From Camelus dromedarius (lineage: Eukaryota): a stretch of DNA of 64,000 bases. A model generated the notes under the pieces. The model was not told the DNA's origin and did not search any database. It saw only the letters and a list, made by a program, of their open reading frames with translations. Every line of letters begins with the position of its first letter. Positions within the stretch are counted from its first letter, which is position 1. The DNA lies in assembly GCF_036321535.1 (NCBI RefSeq), contig NC_087458.1, positions 4,216,001 to 4,280,000 on the forward strand, written 5' to 3'. Positions 1 to 11,379 of this stretch are shown here, in pieces. The position numbers and the translations under genes are program-made.

Positions 1-1214
1 GCAAAGACAAGGACCCAGTTGTGGAAAGTGAGCCTTGGTCTTCCCAGGTCAGGCTGGCTCGTGCAGCACAGAAGCCTGGAGCTTGGCTAGTACATAAGCA
101 GAGGGACTGAGGTGCCAGGAATTATGAGGAGAAAAAGTTTCATAACAAGAGGAAATATAGATGGGGGGTTCTATATATTCTAAAATCATGCAATGCAAAG
201 TATTTGCAGAAAAGCAATATGAACTTGGAGTTCAACGAGTTTTCATGAGTCAACAGCTGAGTCTCCATTTACTACTGCTTTGTCCTCCTGTATTCCACTA
301 AGAGGAACCCCAAGTCAGCCACGCCCTCCTCTGAGTGACGAGGAAAACATTAAGAAGTTAGGAGACCTGGATTCTGGCTTCAACACCATGGCCTTTGGAA
401 GTCACTCAGCCTCCTTGAGTCAGTAACAAGAGGGTGGTAGACCAGGTCATCCCTAAGCTCTCCTCCAACTTGGAACTTCTGAAATTTAGAGCATAGGGGT
501 GGAAGGTGATTTAGTAAATCTGAAAACAACCTCAGTCTGGCCCTAGAATTGAACAAAACAAAATCCAGGGACAAAAGGAGTGAGATTCCACCAGTTTCAG
601 TGGAGGCTTTGTAAAGGCATCAAACACAGTCCTCACACTCCTAGACAACCAGGACTACTCTTCTGCCTTCTCCAAGTTCAGGATTCAGCCTTGCAGTTCA
701 GCCAGCAGTCCATTGCAGAGGTTTGGACTAGGGAAACAAGAGCCCTCTCTCTCCTTTCATTTCCCCCTGAGCCTGCTTGGAACATGTGCCCAAGAAGACA
801 CTCTGATGGATGCAGAAAGCCAGAGGCAGGGAACTCTGGCTGTGGAGCCACTGTACTGAACTAACCCAGCCTAGAAAGTCATCGTATGTCCTGAGCTCTG
901 TCTCAGTGGGGTCCCTTGAGTAGAGGTCTACCTGCGGCTTTTCCCCTGACCCTGCCTGCCCACCAAGCCCACCAGGAACCTCAGGAAATCGCGCTTGCCA
1001 GCAAGTAGGCCCCTTGATATCTGCGGGTGGAGCCAGAGCCTGGGAGACCTCAAGTGGCCACCAGGGGGCTCGGGGCCCTTTCTCAGTGTTTTTTGATGCT
1101 CTCTTGTGGCCAGGTTGGGAATTGGCAAGAACAAAGTTACAGAAAAGAGCCAAGATTGGAATTCTTAAGGAGGCACTAATAATAGTTATCAGTATAAAAT
1201 AACATTATAACAAT

Positions 1215-1465
1215 ATTTATTATAACATAGTAGTTACCATTTTGACATGTGTACTTACCATTCTATACCCAGCACTCTTCTAAAGTGCTTTACATGTATT
1301 GATTTATTTAATTCTCACAATAGCCTATAATATGAACACTGTTACTATCCCCATTTTGACAAGGAGGAAACTGAGCACAGAAAGGTTGAGGTAGTTGCGA
1401 ACGTCACACGGCAGACAAGAATTCTGAGTCTAAGGAGTCTGGCTCCAGCACTTTTGCTTTTAATC
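1215..1465 (-). mobile_element. MIR SINE
   Basis: AAGTGCTTTACATGTATT...AATTCTCACAATAGCC...CCCCATTTTGACAAGGAGGAAACTGAGCACAGAAAGGTTGAG is the inverted MIR core. Confidence 0.75.
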
Positions 1466-3270
1466 ACTGTACTGAATCTGAGTCCCTTTTTTCAGGTTGC
1501 CAGGTAAAATGCAGGAAACCCAGTGAGGACCTTCCCAGGATGGGAGCGTGGTAGAGGAGAGCAGACCACTCTCTGGCCTCTGCCCAGCCCCCACCCGACC
1601 TGTCTAGGGAGACGGGAAGGAGACTGCTCCCAGGCCCTAGGGAGCTGGCTGTGAGGTCTGAATAACCACCTCCTCAGGGGCCCCTCGAGGTTCCCCAAGA
1701 CTCTTCACCTACTGTTCTCTGCACTGACAGCCTCCAGCCCAGCTGCTGGGTTTGCATCACCCGCAGCTAAAACAGCACTAGCAGCCAAAAGGCAGCAGCA
1801 GGAGTCCGAGACACAGGGACCCAGGGAGCCTCCTTCACCTCCCTGTTGCTGCCTTTGGGGAGCTTGGCGCTTCTGTCTGCAGGGAACACCCTTGCATTTT
1901 TCTCTCTTGGCTGCAGATCAGCTCCCGCCTCCGGAATACCTGTGCCCTTCCTTCCCCAAAGGTATCACCCTCCCCACCCTACCACTCTTTGCCACCCACT
2001 CCCACTCTAATAAAGCAATAGTCGAGGGAGTTCCTGGGCCAGGACCCCCTCCGGGGTACAGGCTGGGGTGCCCTGCTGGTATGCGCCCCAACAGGTTTTT
2101 TTCTATCAGCCTTGAAATCACCCTGGAGCCTGTGTGACCTGCCCCCTAGGGAGCTAGAGTCAGAGGCAGTGCCAGGTCAGAAGCTGGACTGAGAGACCGG
2201 GCTTCTGTGGTCCACCTGGCCCCACAGAGAAAGCAATGCACAAAGCCTCCAGTGTCCGGGCCGAGCTGCTGAGAGGCCGGCGGAGTTCCCTTGCGTGGGT
2301 TGAGGCCCATTTCCTGGGAGGAGAGAAGCTCAGTAGGTAGGGAGGTGTTTGCCTGTGGGACCCAGTACAGCCTGGTCCTCTCCCACATTTGGGAGGGGCC
2401 AGAGCTGGAGACAACAGCTGGGCTGGTCTGCTGGTGGGGTCATCTGACTGGCGGTTCAGCTTGAGCTGCACACACACCCTCTCCTGCAGCAGGCCACGCA
2501 GGAGCTGGTGTCCACACAAGGCACACTGCCAGGCTTCGACGGCACCCTCTTCACCCCCAGCAGTTCTGGGTGAGCACTGGACCTGGGCTCTCATGCGGAG
2601 GGGATGGGGTGGGGGTTACTTGTTGATCACTTGGGGGAGGGAGAAAGGAGTTTTTCTTTTCTAACATGAGTGCCTGCTCCCTTCTCTAGGCACCCGTGTA
2701 CCCACAAGAACACTTACGCACATCAGCTAAGAGAGTGCACCTGCTGACCTAAAGCTCCCAGCCGGAGCCTCGGAGGGTGCGAGACAGACAGCGGTAGACA
2801 GCTCTGCAGGCGGGTGGCAGGGGCTTACTTGTAGCTGGACTGCAGGTGCTCCCACCCACGTACTTAATCCTGCCACCTCGCCTCACGTCCCCACACTGCC
2901 CCAGGATCACCCAGCCAGGCCACGGGCGGAAGGGACGCAGACCTCAGAAGGGGATCATCCACCTCAGACCAAGGCCTGGGGAAACTTGTGACCAGCCCTA
3001 GAGTCAGGGGGGGTTTGTATGGTGCTGGTTTTAGCAGATCCCTGGTCAAACCTTGATTCCTGAAGGAGGGTGAGCGGTGGGGAAGGTGGGGGCTCCCCCC
3101 TTACCCTCCACTTGGGCTCCCAAACCTGCCAAGCAGGTTGTTCCTTTTTCTGCAACAAGGGAAAGGAACGGGCAAAGGGAGGCCTGGGGGTCATAGAGAG
3201 GCCCAGAGGGGCTGGGACGGTGCCTTGAGTTGGCTTCTGTTCCCCTCCCTCCGGGGCAGCCAGTCACATC

Positions 3271-6200
3271 ATGTCTGTAAGCAGCCAGAAGACGGGACCA
3301 TCCCTGACTCAGGAGATCCTTAGCCACCTCGGCCTTGCCAACAAGGTAGGGGCTACTGGGATTGTAGGAATCTTTTGTTGTTGTTGTTGTTGTTGTTGTT
3401 TTAATTATTATAGCTACCCAGGGACAGTGGAAGGGCCAGGGAACAGGAAAGCAAGAGCCTGCCCTGAGGCTATGCCGAAGACCTGGCTGGGACACTGGGG
3501 GAGGGGTGTGGGCAGACAACTGGTACCCGCCTCCCACCTTGCTTTTACAGACTGCAGCTTGGGGCACCCTGGGCACCCTCAGGACCTTCCTGAGCTTCAG
3601 TGTGGACAAGGATGTGCAGAGGCTGCTGAGGGCCATTGCAGGCCGAGGTGAGCCCCTTTCCCTCTGCACTTGGGAATCTGCCTTTTCAAAGCCTGTCTGT
3701 AGACCCAGAAGGAGCCAGGAATGAGGAGCTGGCGATACTCAGTAGATGTTTGTGGAATGCCTTAATTCCTGTATGTCAAGTACCACGGTAGGTATGTCGT
3801 CCCCATTCTCACAACGCCTCTGTGAGGCAAGACTTACTATTTCCATTTTACAGATGAGGAAACTGGGGCTCAGGGAGCTAATGAGGCTTGCGCAAGATCA
3901 CACAGCTCGTGGTGGCAGAGCTGGGACTCTGATTCAAGACTGTGATCCCAAAAAGCCACTTCTCCCACCACCCTAGGCCACCTTTACCTAAATTTGAGTC
4001 AGACTTGATGCCATCTTGGCATCTTATTTGCATCTTCTCTGAGAGCAAATGGAAGTGTGGGTGACACAGCCTTTCCTAGAACTTATCATTGCCTCTTCCG
4101 GAGGCTTCAGCTCCATGGAATAAGGGGATCCTGACCCTGTGAAGACCCTACGTGGGCTGTGCCCAGCTCACAGCCCAGCACTCCTCTTGGTTCAGGTGTG
4201 GACCACAGTGCCATCGTGGACGTGCTCACCAACCGGAGCAGAGAGCAAAGGCAGCTCATCTCTCGAGCTTTCCAGGAACGCACCCAGCAGGTGAGACCAC
4301 TCTGGCAGCCCCAGAGCAGTGGACTGGAAGCCTTGGACCACAGCAGTAGCAGCGGAGGCCAGCCCCTGCTCCCTGGCTAACCCTGGTGGAGCAGGGGGAA
4401 GCCTGGTGCTCAGGCCTGAGATGAAATCCATCAAATATCCCCAAACCTTCCCACACATCTGGGACCTGTTCCTCTGCCATGGGGACCATTTCTTGTAGGA
4501 TCTGCTGAAGTCCCTGCAGGCTGCACTCTCCGGCAACCCTGAGAGGATTGTGGTGGCTCTGCTGCAGCCTGCAGCCCATTTCGATGCCTGGGAATTGAGG
4601 ACAGCCTTGAAGGTACCAGGAGAAGAGGGTTACCAGGGTGCCCGGGCGCGAGGACATGGTTGAGGGAAGGAGAGGGTTGACTGCCTTGCCTTTGCCCGCT
4701 CCAGAGGAGCGGACATGGCAGAAGCCCCCTTTAAACAGCCTGTGCTGACCTGTAGGAAGAATAGTCAGCGTCTGCTCTCTGCTGTTCTAGTGGCATGGCC
4801 CAGTCTCAGAGTGCCCCCCTGCCAATTTCTTGTAGGACTCAGGTTCTCCTGAGGATGTGGCCGTGGAAATTCTTGCCACCCGAACCCCGCCCCAGCTAAA
4901 AGAGTGCCTGGCAGTCTACAAGCACAGTAAGAGCGGGGAGGGGGCTCAAAGAACTGGAGAGGGATCTGCAGGACAGGTCTCTCCTCTCCTGCACTCCCTG
5001 CAGGCCCTCTGGGAGCCTGTCTGGTTCTGTTCCCTTGGGGTCTCTCCTCCACCCACCCCTCTGCCAGGGAGAGAGTCAGATGTCATCATTAAAGAAAGAG
5101 AAGCAATGATTACCCATCTTAGTCCGGGGCTCCAGGGCGGACTCCAAGGTAATGATAATGTTGAGCCCTGTGACAGTCCCAAGGGCACCCATGTCATCTT
5201 CCCAGCCCCTTGCTGATTCTGCCATCACAGCACATCCCAGCTGAGTGGAGCCTTGCGGCAGCCAGGGGCAAAGGTGGGGCCTGCTCTCTAAGTCACAGGT
5301 GTCAGCTCTCAGACCCCTGGCTGCTGGCCCTGCTTGGCTGCCTCTTGCCTCACCTGCTGACTGGTAACCAGCTTCTTCTCATCCTCAGCCTGACACACGC
5401 CCTCTTGGTCTTGCTTTCCCCAGGTTTCCTTTGATGTCCAGTCTCAGCCAGTCTTCTTCACCTTTCTCCTACCTCTCTCCCTTCTGGCTCCTGTTTTTCT
5501 CTTTTCCCTTCCTTTTCTCTCTTTCCCTCTCTTTCCCTTCTTCACTTTCCACCTGCCACATTACTCTTCCTTGCCTCCCAGGAGGGGGGCCAGGCTCTGG
5601 CCATCCTGACTCAGAATACGGGTTTCCCTATCCTGTCTTCACTGTCTGACCGCCACTCGAATAACAGATGCCTCCTGCCTCCTGCCTCCAGCAGGTCAGC
5701 ACCTGGAGATGAGGCCACTCCACAGTGCGTGATCCCGCAGCACATGGATTACTCGCAGCTTAGGGATGTTTTCGGGGTGACCACAGGGGTGCTTCTGCCT
5801 TACATCCTGGGAACTAGGAACCATCAAACAGGGAATGGCAGGATTGACAGAGCACAGGCATTTGGCAGGCCCTGAAGTTGTCCTCATTGGGAAAAATCAG
5901 GAGGATTCAGAGAACTCCTGCCCTCACTCCAGATTTCCAGGTGGAGGCCAAGGAGGACATCAAATCTAAGACCAGTGGCTTCTTTCAGGATCTGCTCCTG
6001 GCCCTGGCCAAGGTGCGGAGGACTGGCCTGTGGGGGACGGGAGTTACCCCACCGGGGAAGGAGGTGGGCTAGAGTGGGGAGCATTGCATGGTATAGTGAA
6101 CGGGAAAGGGCTTTGGGGGCGACCAGGGTTCGGTTTGTAGACCTGGAGATAAAGAGCTGCCCCTCAAAGAGCCTTCCTGAGAGAACTTCTCATCCTAGGG

Positions 6201-9200
6201 GGGCCGGGAGAGCTACTCAGGGGTCACTGACTATAACCTGACCGAACAGGACGTCCAGGTGAGCAGGTGCTGGGGAGTTTGCACAGCCATGCACACGAGA
6301 CACCATCCCCCAGAGCCAGTGACCCGTGTACCCACTTGTCCTGCAAAATGGTCCTTGCCTGGGGGTAGGAGTCCTCAGTGACATGAGTGGGGCATGGGGC
6401 ATCGGGTAGTGTCACGACTGAAGGCTTTTCTCTCAGCTAGCCTCTGACTCCAGAACTCGCAGATTCTCCTTTCATGGGCATTTGGGTGGACCCTCCCTTG
6501 GGGATTATTGACTTCCTTGAGTGCCAGGATTTTCCCAAACTGGGGAATGAAGCTGTGAGGGCAGAGTCCTCTCACAGCTCTGTCCTTTAAAAAATAAAAT
6601 CATAAATAGACAAATAAATACAGCTAATTTACAGGTTAAAATAAACTTTTCTGCCTTGATGGGTTCTGGGAACCCCATAACCATGGCCACCCCAGGCCCT
6701 AACCAGTGAACCTGATCTGCTCTGCCCTCCCAGGCGCTAATGCGGCCTGCAGGACGCAGCACCGAGAGCACGTGGGTCCTTGTCTTCACCCAGCGAAATC
6801 CTGAACACCTCATCCGAGGTATGCATGAGCCTTCCTGCCTTCCCAGCTTGCTTTTGGCTGAGGAAGGGCTGTCTTGCTCAGTGGTAGTGAACCCCGCCCC
6901 TTCCTTTATCTTTCTAACTCCTTCCCACGTGCACCACAGTGCTGGACCAGTACCAGCGGTACACGGGGCATGGGTTTGAGAAGACTGTCCGGGACCGTCT
7001 CCACGGAGCTGCCCAGGTGGCTCTGCTCAGCCTAGGTAAGGGCCTGCTCAGGACCTGGGGGGTAGGCATCTCTCACGGAATGGGAGCTCCCTCCCTCCAT
7101 CTCGCCCTCTTTGCTTCCAGCCTCCGTGATCCGGAACACACCGCTGTACTTTGCTGATAAACTTCAGCAAGCGCTCCAGGTGAGAGGGAGACCCCTTTCC
7201 CCTTTGGAACAGAAATTGGGAGGAGACCCCTCCTGGGCAAGACCGAGGAGGTTTCACACTGCTGCTCACGTAGCAATCTCACATTACTTTGTAAACATGA
7301 GCAGCTGTCTTTTTCAGGTTTACAAACTGTCTTGTCAAGAGTAGGGGGTGCGCTCTGGTTAGAGCTGAGTTAGCTGACCCCAAGGGCACTTCAGTCAAAA
7401 TTTTGACCAAATTAATGTCTGCGTGGCCAAATATAGATATGAATTTGTTCTGTATGACAGTGCCTTGTCCTGTTTCAGGTGTTGCCAAAATAATGATGGA
7501 TAATGGTTAGCTAGAAAGGAGGACGAGAGAGTCACCGTTTCTCAGGGGGTCACTGTGTGCCAGGGCCTATGCTGAGCCCACTACACGTTTCAGTGAATCC
7601 TCATATCCACACTCCATCCTTGATTTTTAGATGAAAAAACTGAAGTACAGAGAGGTTAAGTACCTTGCCCAAGGCCACATAGCTATTAAATCATATAGCC
7701 TCCCTAAAACACACATAATGGTCCTATGGAACATTTCACTGCCCCGGGCCTGGTCTATACCGTAGGTGTTGGTCTACACCATAAGCCATGTCCTCAGTGC
7801 TCCAGGTCCACCTCTCTCCACACTGGGCAGACTTTGCTGTGTATTATCCAAACAAATGGGTGATCTTGGTTTGAATAATTTTATAAACAGAATCCAGTCA
7901 TTCCGCTCATTGAGCTAGGTCTCCTATTAGTACAACTGTCCCCCAAAACCTATAAATAAAAAGCTCACCCCAAAATTTAAGGACATAAAAGTAGTTATCA
8001 TTTTGGCAGATGGAATGGCTTTCTGTATACTGGTGGGGAAACCACCATGCCTTATTGACAGCTATTCAAGACAGTACATAGAAGCACTTACGTTACCATC
8101 CAGAGATTTCCATTTTGACAGTAGATTATTGTACTTATCCAATAAAGCCTGTACTGTTATAAGTGAATGCTAAGATTCATTTGAAAAGTTGTGGGTATCT
8201 AAATTCCTGTCAGAAAAACAAACTTGTATTCCAGCAGTAAATGATTATAATGTATTTGGCTTACAGGACTCAGACTCTTGGATATAAATACCAGGTTTAT
8301 CTTAGAAGTAGGGGTCAAAAAACAATATAGACCTGTTTTTCTGAAAAATAATTTTTAAAAAGGAAAACTCGATCAAGACACTTCCATATTATGATTTTAT
8401 GAGAGATAGGTGAAAACATAGGTTGTGATAAATATTTATTTAGAAAAATGAACATTTAGTGACGGCTGATTCAGGATAAAGTCAGACCAAATTGAACCAT
8501 AAAGGGAATGTTCATTGTAAAGATGTGAGGGCAGTGTGAGATGCCAAGTACGTGCTCAAGTAACAGGACTGGAATTATATTTGATGTAGGTTTGTGCGGA
8601 GAGTGCCTGTGCACCCCTGGGGATACTCGGTTAATAAGTGACTCTTGCCCCAGTTCTACAACCGGGGAGTAACAAGAGTTGGAAGAAGAGAAGAACGGGT
8701 ACTGGGGAGCACTCAGCAATCTGTATCACAACAAAAAACCGATGAGACAGGCAATTTAAAATACAGTAGCCATCAGGCCCACTGACAATTAGGTAATGAG
8801 TCCAAATAAAATACAGCATCCTGTTTTCACTTCATCACTCTCTTTTGCTTCTTCATGGGGGTTTATGGTCTGTGGGGATGCCGTAAGTGTGGGTTTCAGG
8901 CAGCTCTGGGAAGGGTCTCTTGAGTCAAGTGACTGAGGAAACTCTGAAAAAGAGGATATTAGGAAATAGTGACAGCACCAGTACCCAGCTAATGACACAA
9001 AGAGGATTTCTGCAAACAAAATATTTTATTTAGAAATCTCTCATGAGAACATTGTTTATTATAATCAATTATAGCTCATGGCTTGATGATGTCCTATACC
9101 TCTATTATTTCCAAACTGAACCCTCCGTTACCATCTTTAACCAAAAGGCAGGAGGCCTGGTGCAGGTATAAGTTATGCTGAATGTCAGGGGTCCAACCCG

Positions 9201-10034
9201 GAGAAACCGGTGTATCAGAACGAGAAGTCACTTGACCCTCTTCTTTCCTAGGACATTCACTAACTTGGAAGTTAAAAAGCAGTCTTCCTGGCTTTCATGC
9301 TGGAAGTCTTTAGGAAGCAAGTCTCCTCTAACCTCCCATCAGTACCTGCTTTCAAGTGAGGTTCTAAGCTAGTGGGAGGGCCAGGAAAGGCCTGGAAGGA
9401 ATGAGAATTATTCCAGCTGCCCCCACAGCAACTGGTCCTTCCTGCCACATCATCCTCCATGAGAAAGGACAAAGATAACTTTGTCCCTAGACAACGTGCA
9501 CTTCTCTTTTTCCTTGACTCTCGCCTCACCAGCCCTCCCTAGAATAATTCACCGTGCAGCCCAGTCCCCACTCTGTGAGAATGTTACTACCACGACCTCC
9601 CCATTCTGTTTTTCCCTCTATCAGGAAACTGAGCCCAATTACCAAGACCTGATGCGCATCCTTATTTCTCGAAGTGAGACTGATCTTCTGAGTATTAGAG
9701 CCGAGTTCAAAAAGAAATTTGGGAAGTCCCTCTACTCTTCCCTCCAGGTGAGACTTGGCTGGTTCTTACCCTGGAGCCTCAGAGCTTCACCCCTTACCTG
9801 CACCTGCGCACAGCTGAGCATATTCATGCCCTGGAGAACTCAGGAGTCTTTGGTTAATTTAGTGCTGGACTCCAGGCACCAAACAAGCTCTGGATCAGCA
9901 TGGGGGAGGGGACGATACCCGAGCCATGGTGCTGGTGGGTCTTTCTAACACTTTGACTTTCTTGTCCACAGGATGCAGTGAAAGGGGATTGCCGGTCAGC
10001 CCTACTGGCCCTGTGCAGGGCTGAAGACCTCTGA
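3271..10034 (+). CDS. ANXA9: Annexin A9, 12 coding exons, 345 aa
   Basis: Exons: 3271-3345, 3551-3647, 4196-4290, 4499-4612, 4836-4926, 5933-6012, 6199-6258, 6734-6818, 6940-7035, 7121-7179, 9625-9747, 9972-10034. All junctions are AG/GT and phases are consistent; the total is 1038 nt. Translation runs [46 protein letters not shown]...[40 protein letters not shown], with four annexin repeats. Confidence 0.97.
3375..3400. repeat. (TTG)8 microsatellite in an ANXA9 intron
   Basis: Read directly from the sequence. Confidence 0.95.
3790..3945 (-). mobile_element. MIR SINE
   Basis: CCATTTTACAGATGAGGAAACTGGGGCTCAGGGAG...AAGATCACACAGCT...GCAGAGCTGGGA. Confidence 0.75.
7530..7690 (-). mobile_element. 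MIR SINE
   Basis: CACTGTGTGCCAGGGC...TTTTTAGATGAAAAAACTGAAGTACAGAGAGGTTAAGTACCTTGCCCAAGGCCACATAGCTA. Confidence 0.75.
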
Positions 10035-10931
10035 GACCTCTCTGCCCCCATCCCCACATGACGTTCAAGGATCTGAGATTCCCATGTTTGGCTGAGCCTG
10101 CAAGAGACCACCTGGGCCTCCAAATAAGATAACCCCTCACTGAGCATCACATGCTCCAGCTTCTTGTTGAGGCTGGAACTCAAGGTTCTTTTAAATCCCT
10201 TAATTTCCCTCATTTCAAAGTGCTGTCTGCCCCTGGGTCCCCTCGCTCTATCCTGGGTGTGGAGTAATGGGCTCTCTCTGATGGTTTCTGCTCTACCCAC
10301 CCCTCCCGTACTCTGGCCAGAACATCTCACTGATACCTGAATTCTTTTGGCAAACTTCACTGTTGTTTGTGTTCCCTGATTGAAGTTTGGGTGGAACAGG
10401 ACATGGGCTGGGAGGAGGCCCTGAAATTGGAGGTGCCTTTGATGTGCCATTATCAACAACCACCCCCTCCTCGATGTCTCCCCTCACCCCCATTATTCTC
10501 TCTTCCTCAGGAAATTTCAGGCAAAATAACTGAGGAACCAGAACGAGGTCAGAAATGGTTAGAGGTAGCAAAAGACCATCTGTATGACGGGAGACGTAGG
10601 CAGAGGACCAATCTACCCATCACCTGCCTGGGAAGACTGGGGTTAGCAGGGAGCATAACCCGAAATTCATCTGTCCAAAGCAAGGACCTGGAAACCCACC
10701 TCCCAAATTAAAGTACTATTTCTCAAAGAAGACCTATTAAAAACAGAAACAAAAACAAAACAAAAAAGGAAAATGCAGGCTTTGGCTCCCCCTGCTGGCC
10801 CTATTAAAAATGACAGGCCAACCCTCAGGCCTCTACTCTCCCCTACCCTGCCTTTTGCATTCCTCAATTGGGTCAAATACGTAACCCCATAGCTGCAGGG
10901 TAAGGCAAACAACAGCTCTCCGGAAAGAAGT

Positions 10932-10937
10932 TTTATT
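10932..10937 (-). terminator. MINDY1 polyadenylation signal (AATAAA)
   Basis: TTTATT on the + strand, about 440 nt past the MINDY1 stop codon. Confidence 0.65.
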
Positions 10938-11379
10938 TCCAAACCCCTAGGAAGGCATTACAAATAGTGGCTATAGAAACCGAAACCAAACCCTGAAACA
11001 AATGGATACGGAGGGGCCTGCAGGATGGCCAGGAGGACTCCGCCAGTCAGGGGTAGGTAGTAAGGAAGATGCATTCCAGACAAGGACCTCACCCTGGAGC
11101 CTGAGTCTGTGTATTAATGTGACTATTCTGGGGAAAGGGAGTTGGGAATCAGAAATCCTCACCCCATCAACCCCACTGTTGCCCTGGAGGGCTGGGAGGA
11201 GGAGGGGGCAGCACTTGAGGGCAAGGACGTCACAAGTCTGACCTTGGCATTTACTGCCTGCTTTGATCCCCAACAGTCCATAAATAAGTTACCCTGAATA
11301 TCTCAAGTTGAGCTGGGGGAGCAAGCCACAGAGCCCCAGCCTCCGGACGTAGAGGCTAGGCAGCCTGGCGCTGACGGCG

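Noticed and set aside
3046-3669. 207-aa antisense ORF over ANXA9 exons
   Set aside because: It is the shadow of coding exons plus the (TTG)8 repeat, with no independent evidence.
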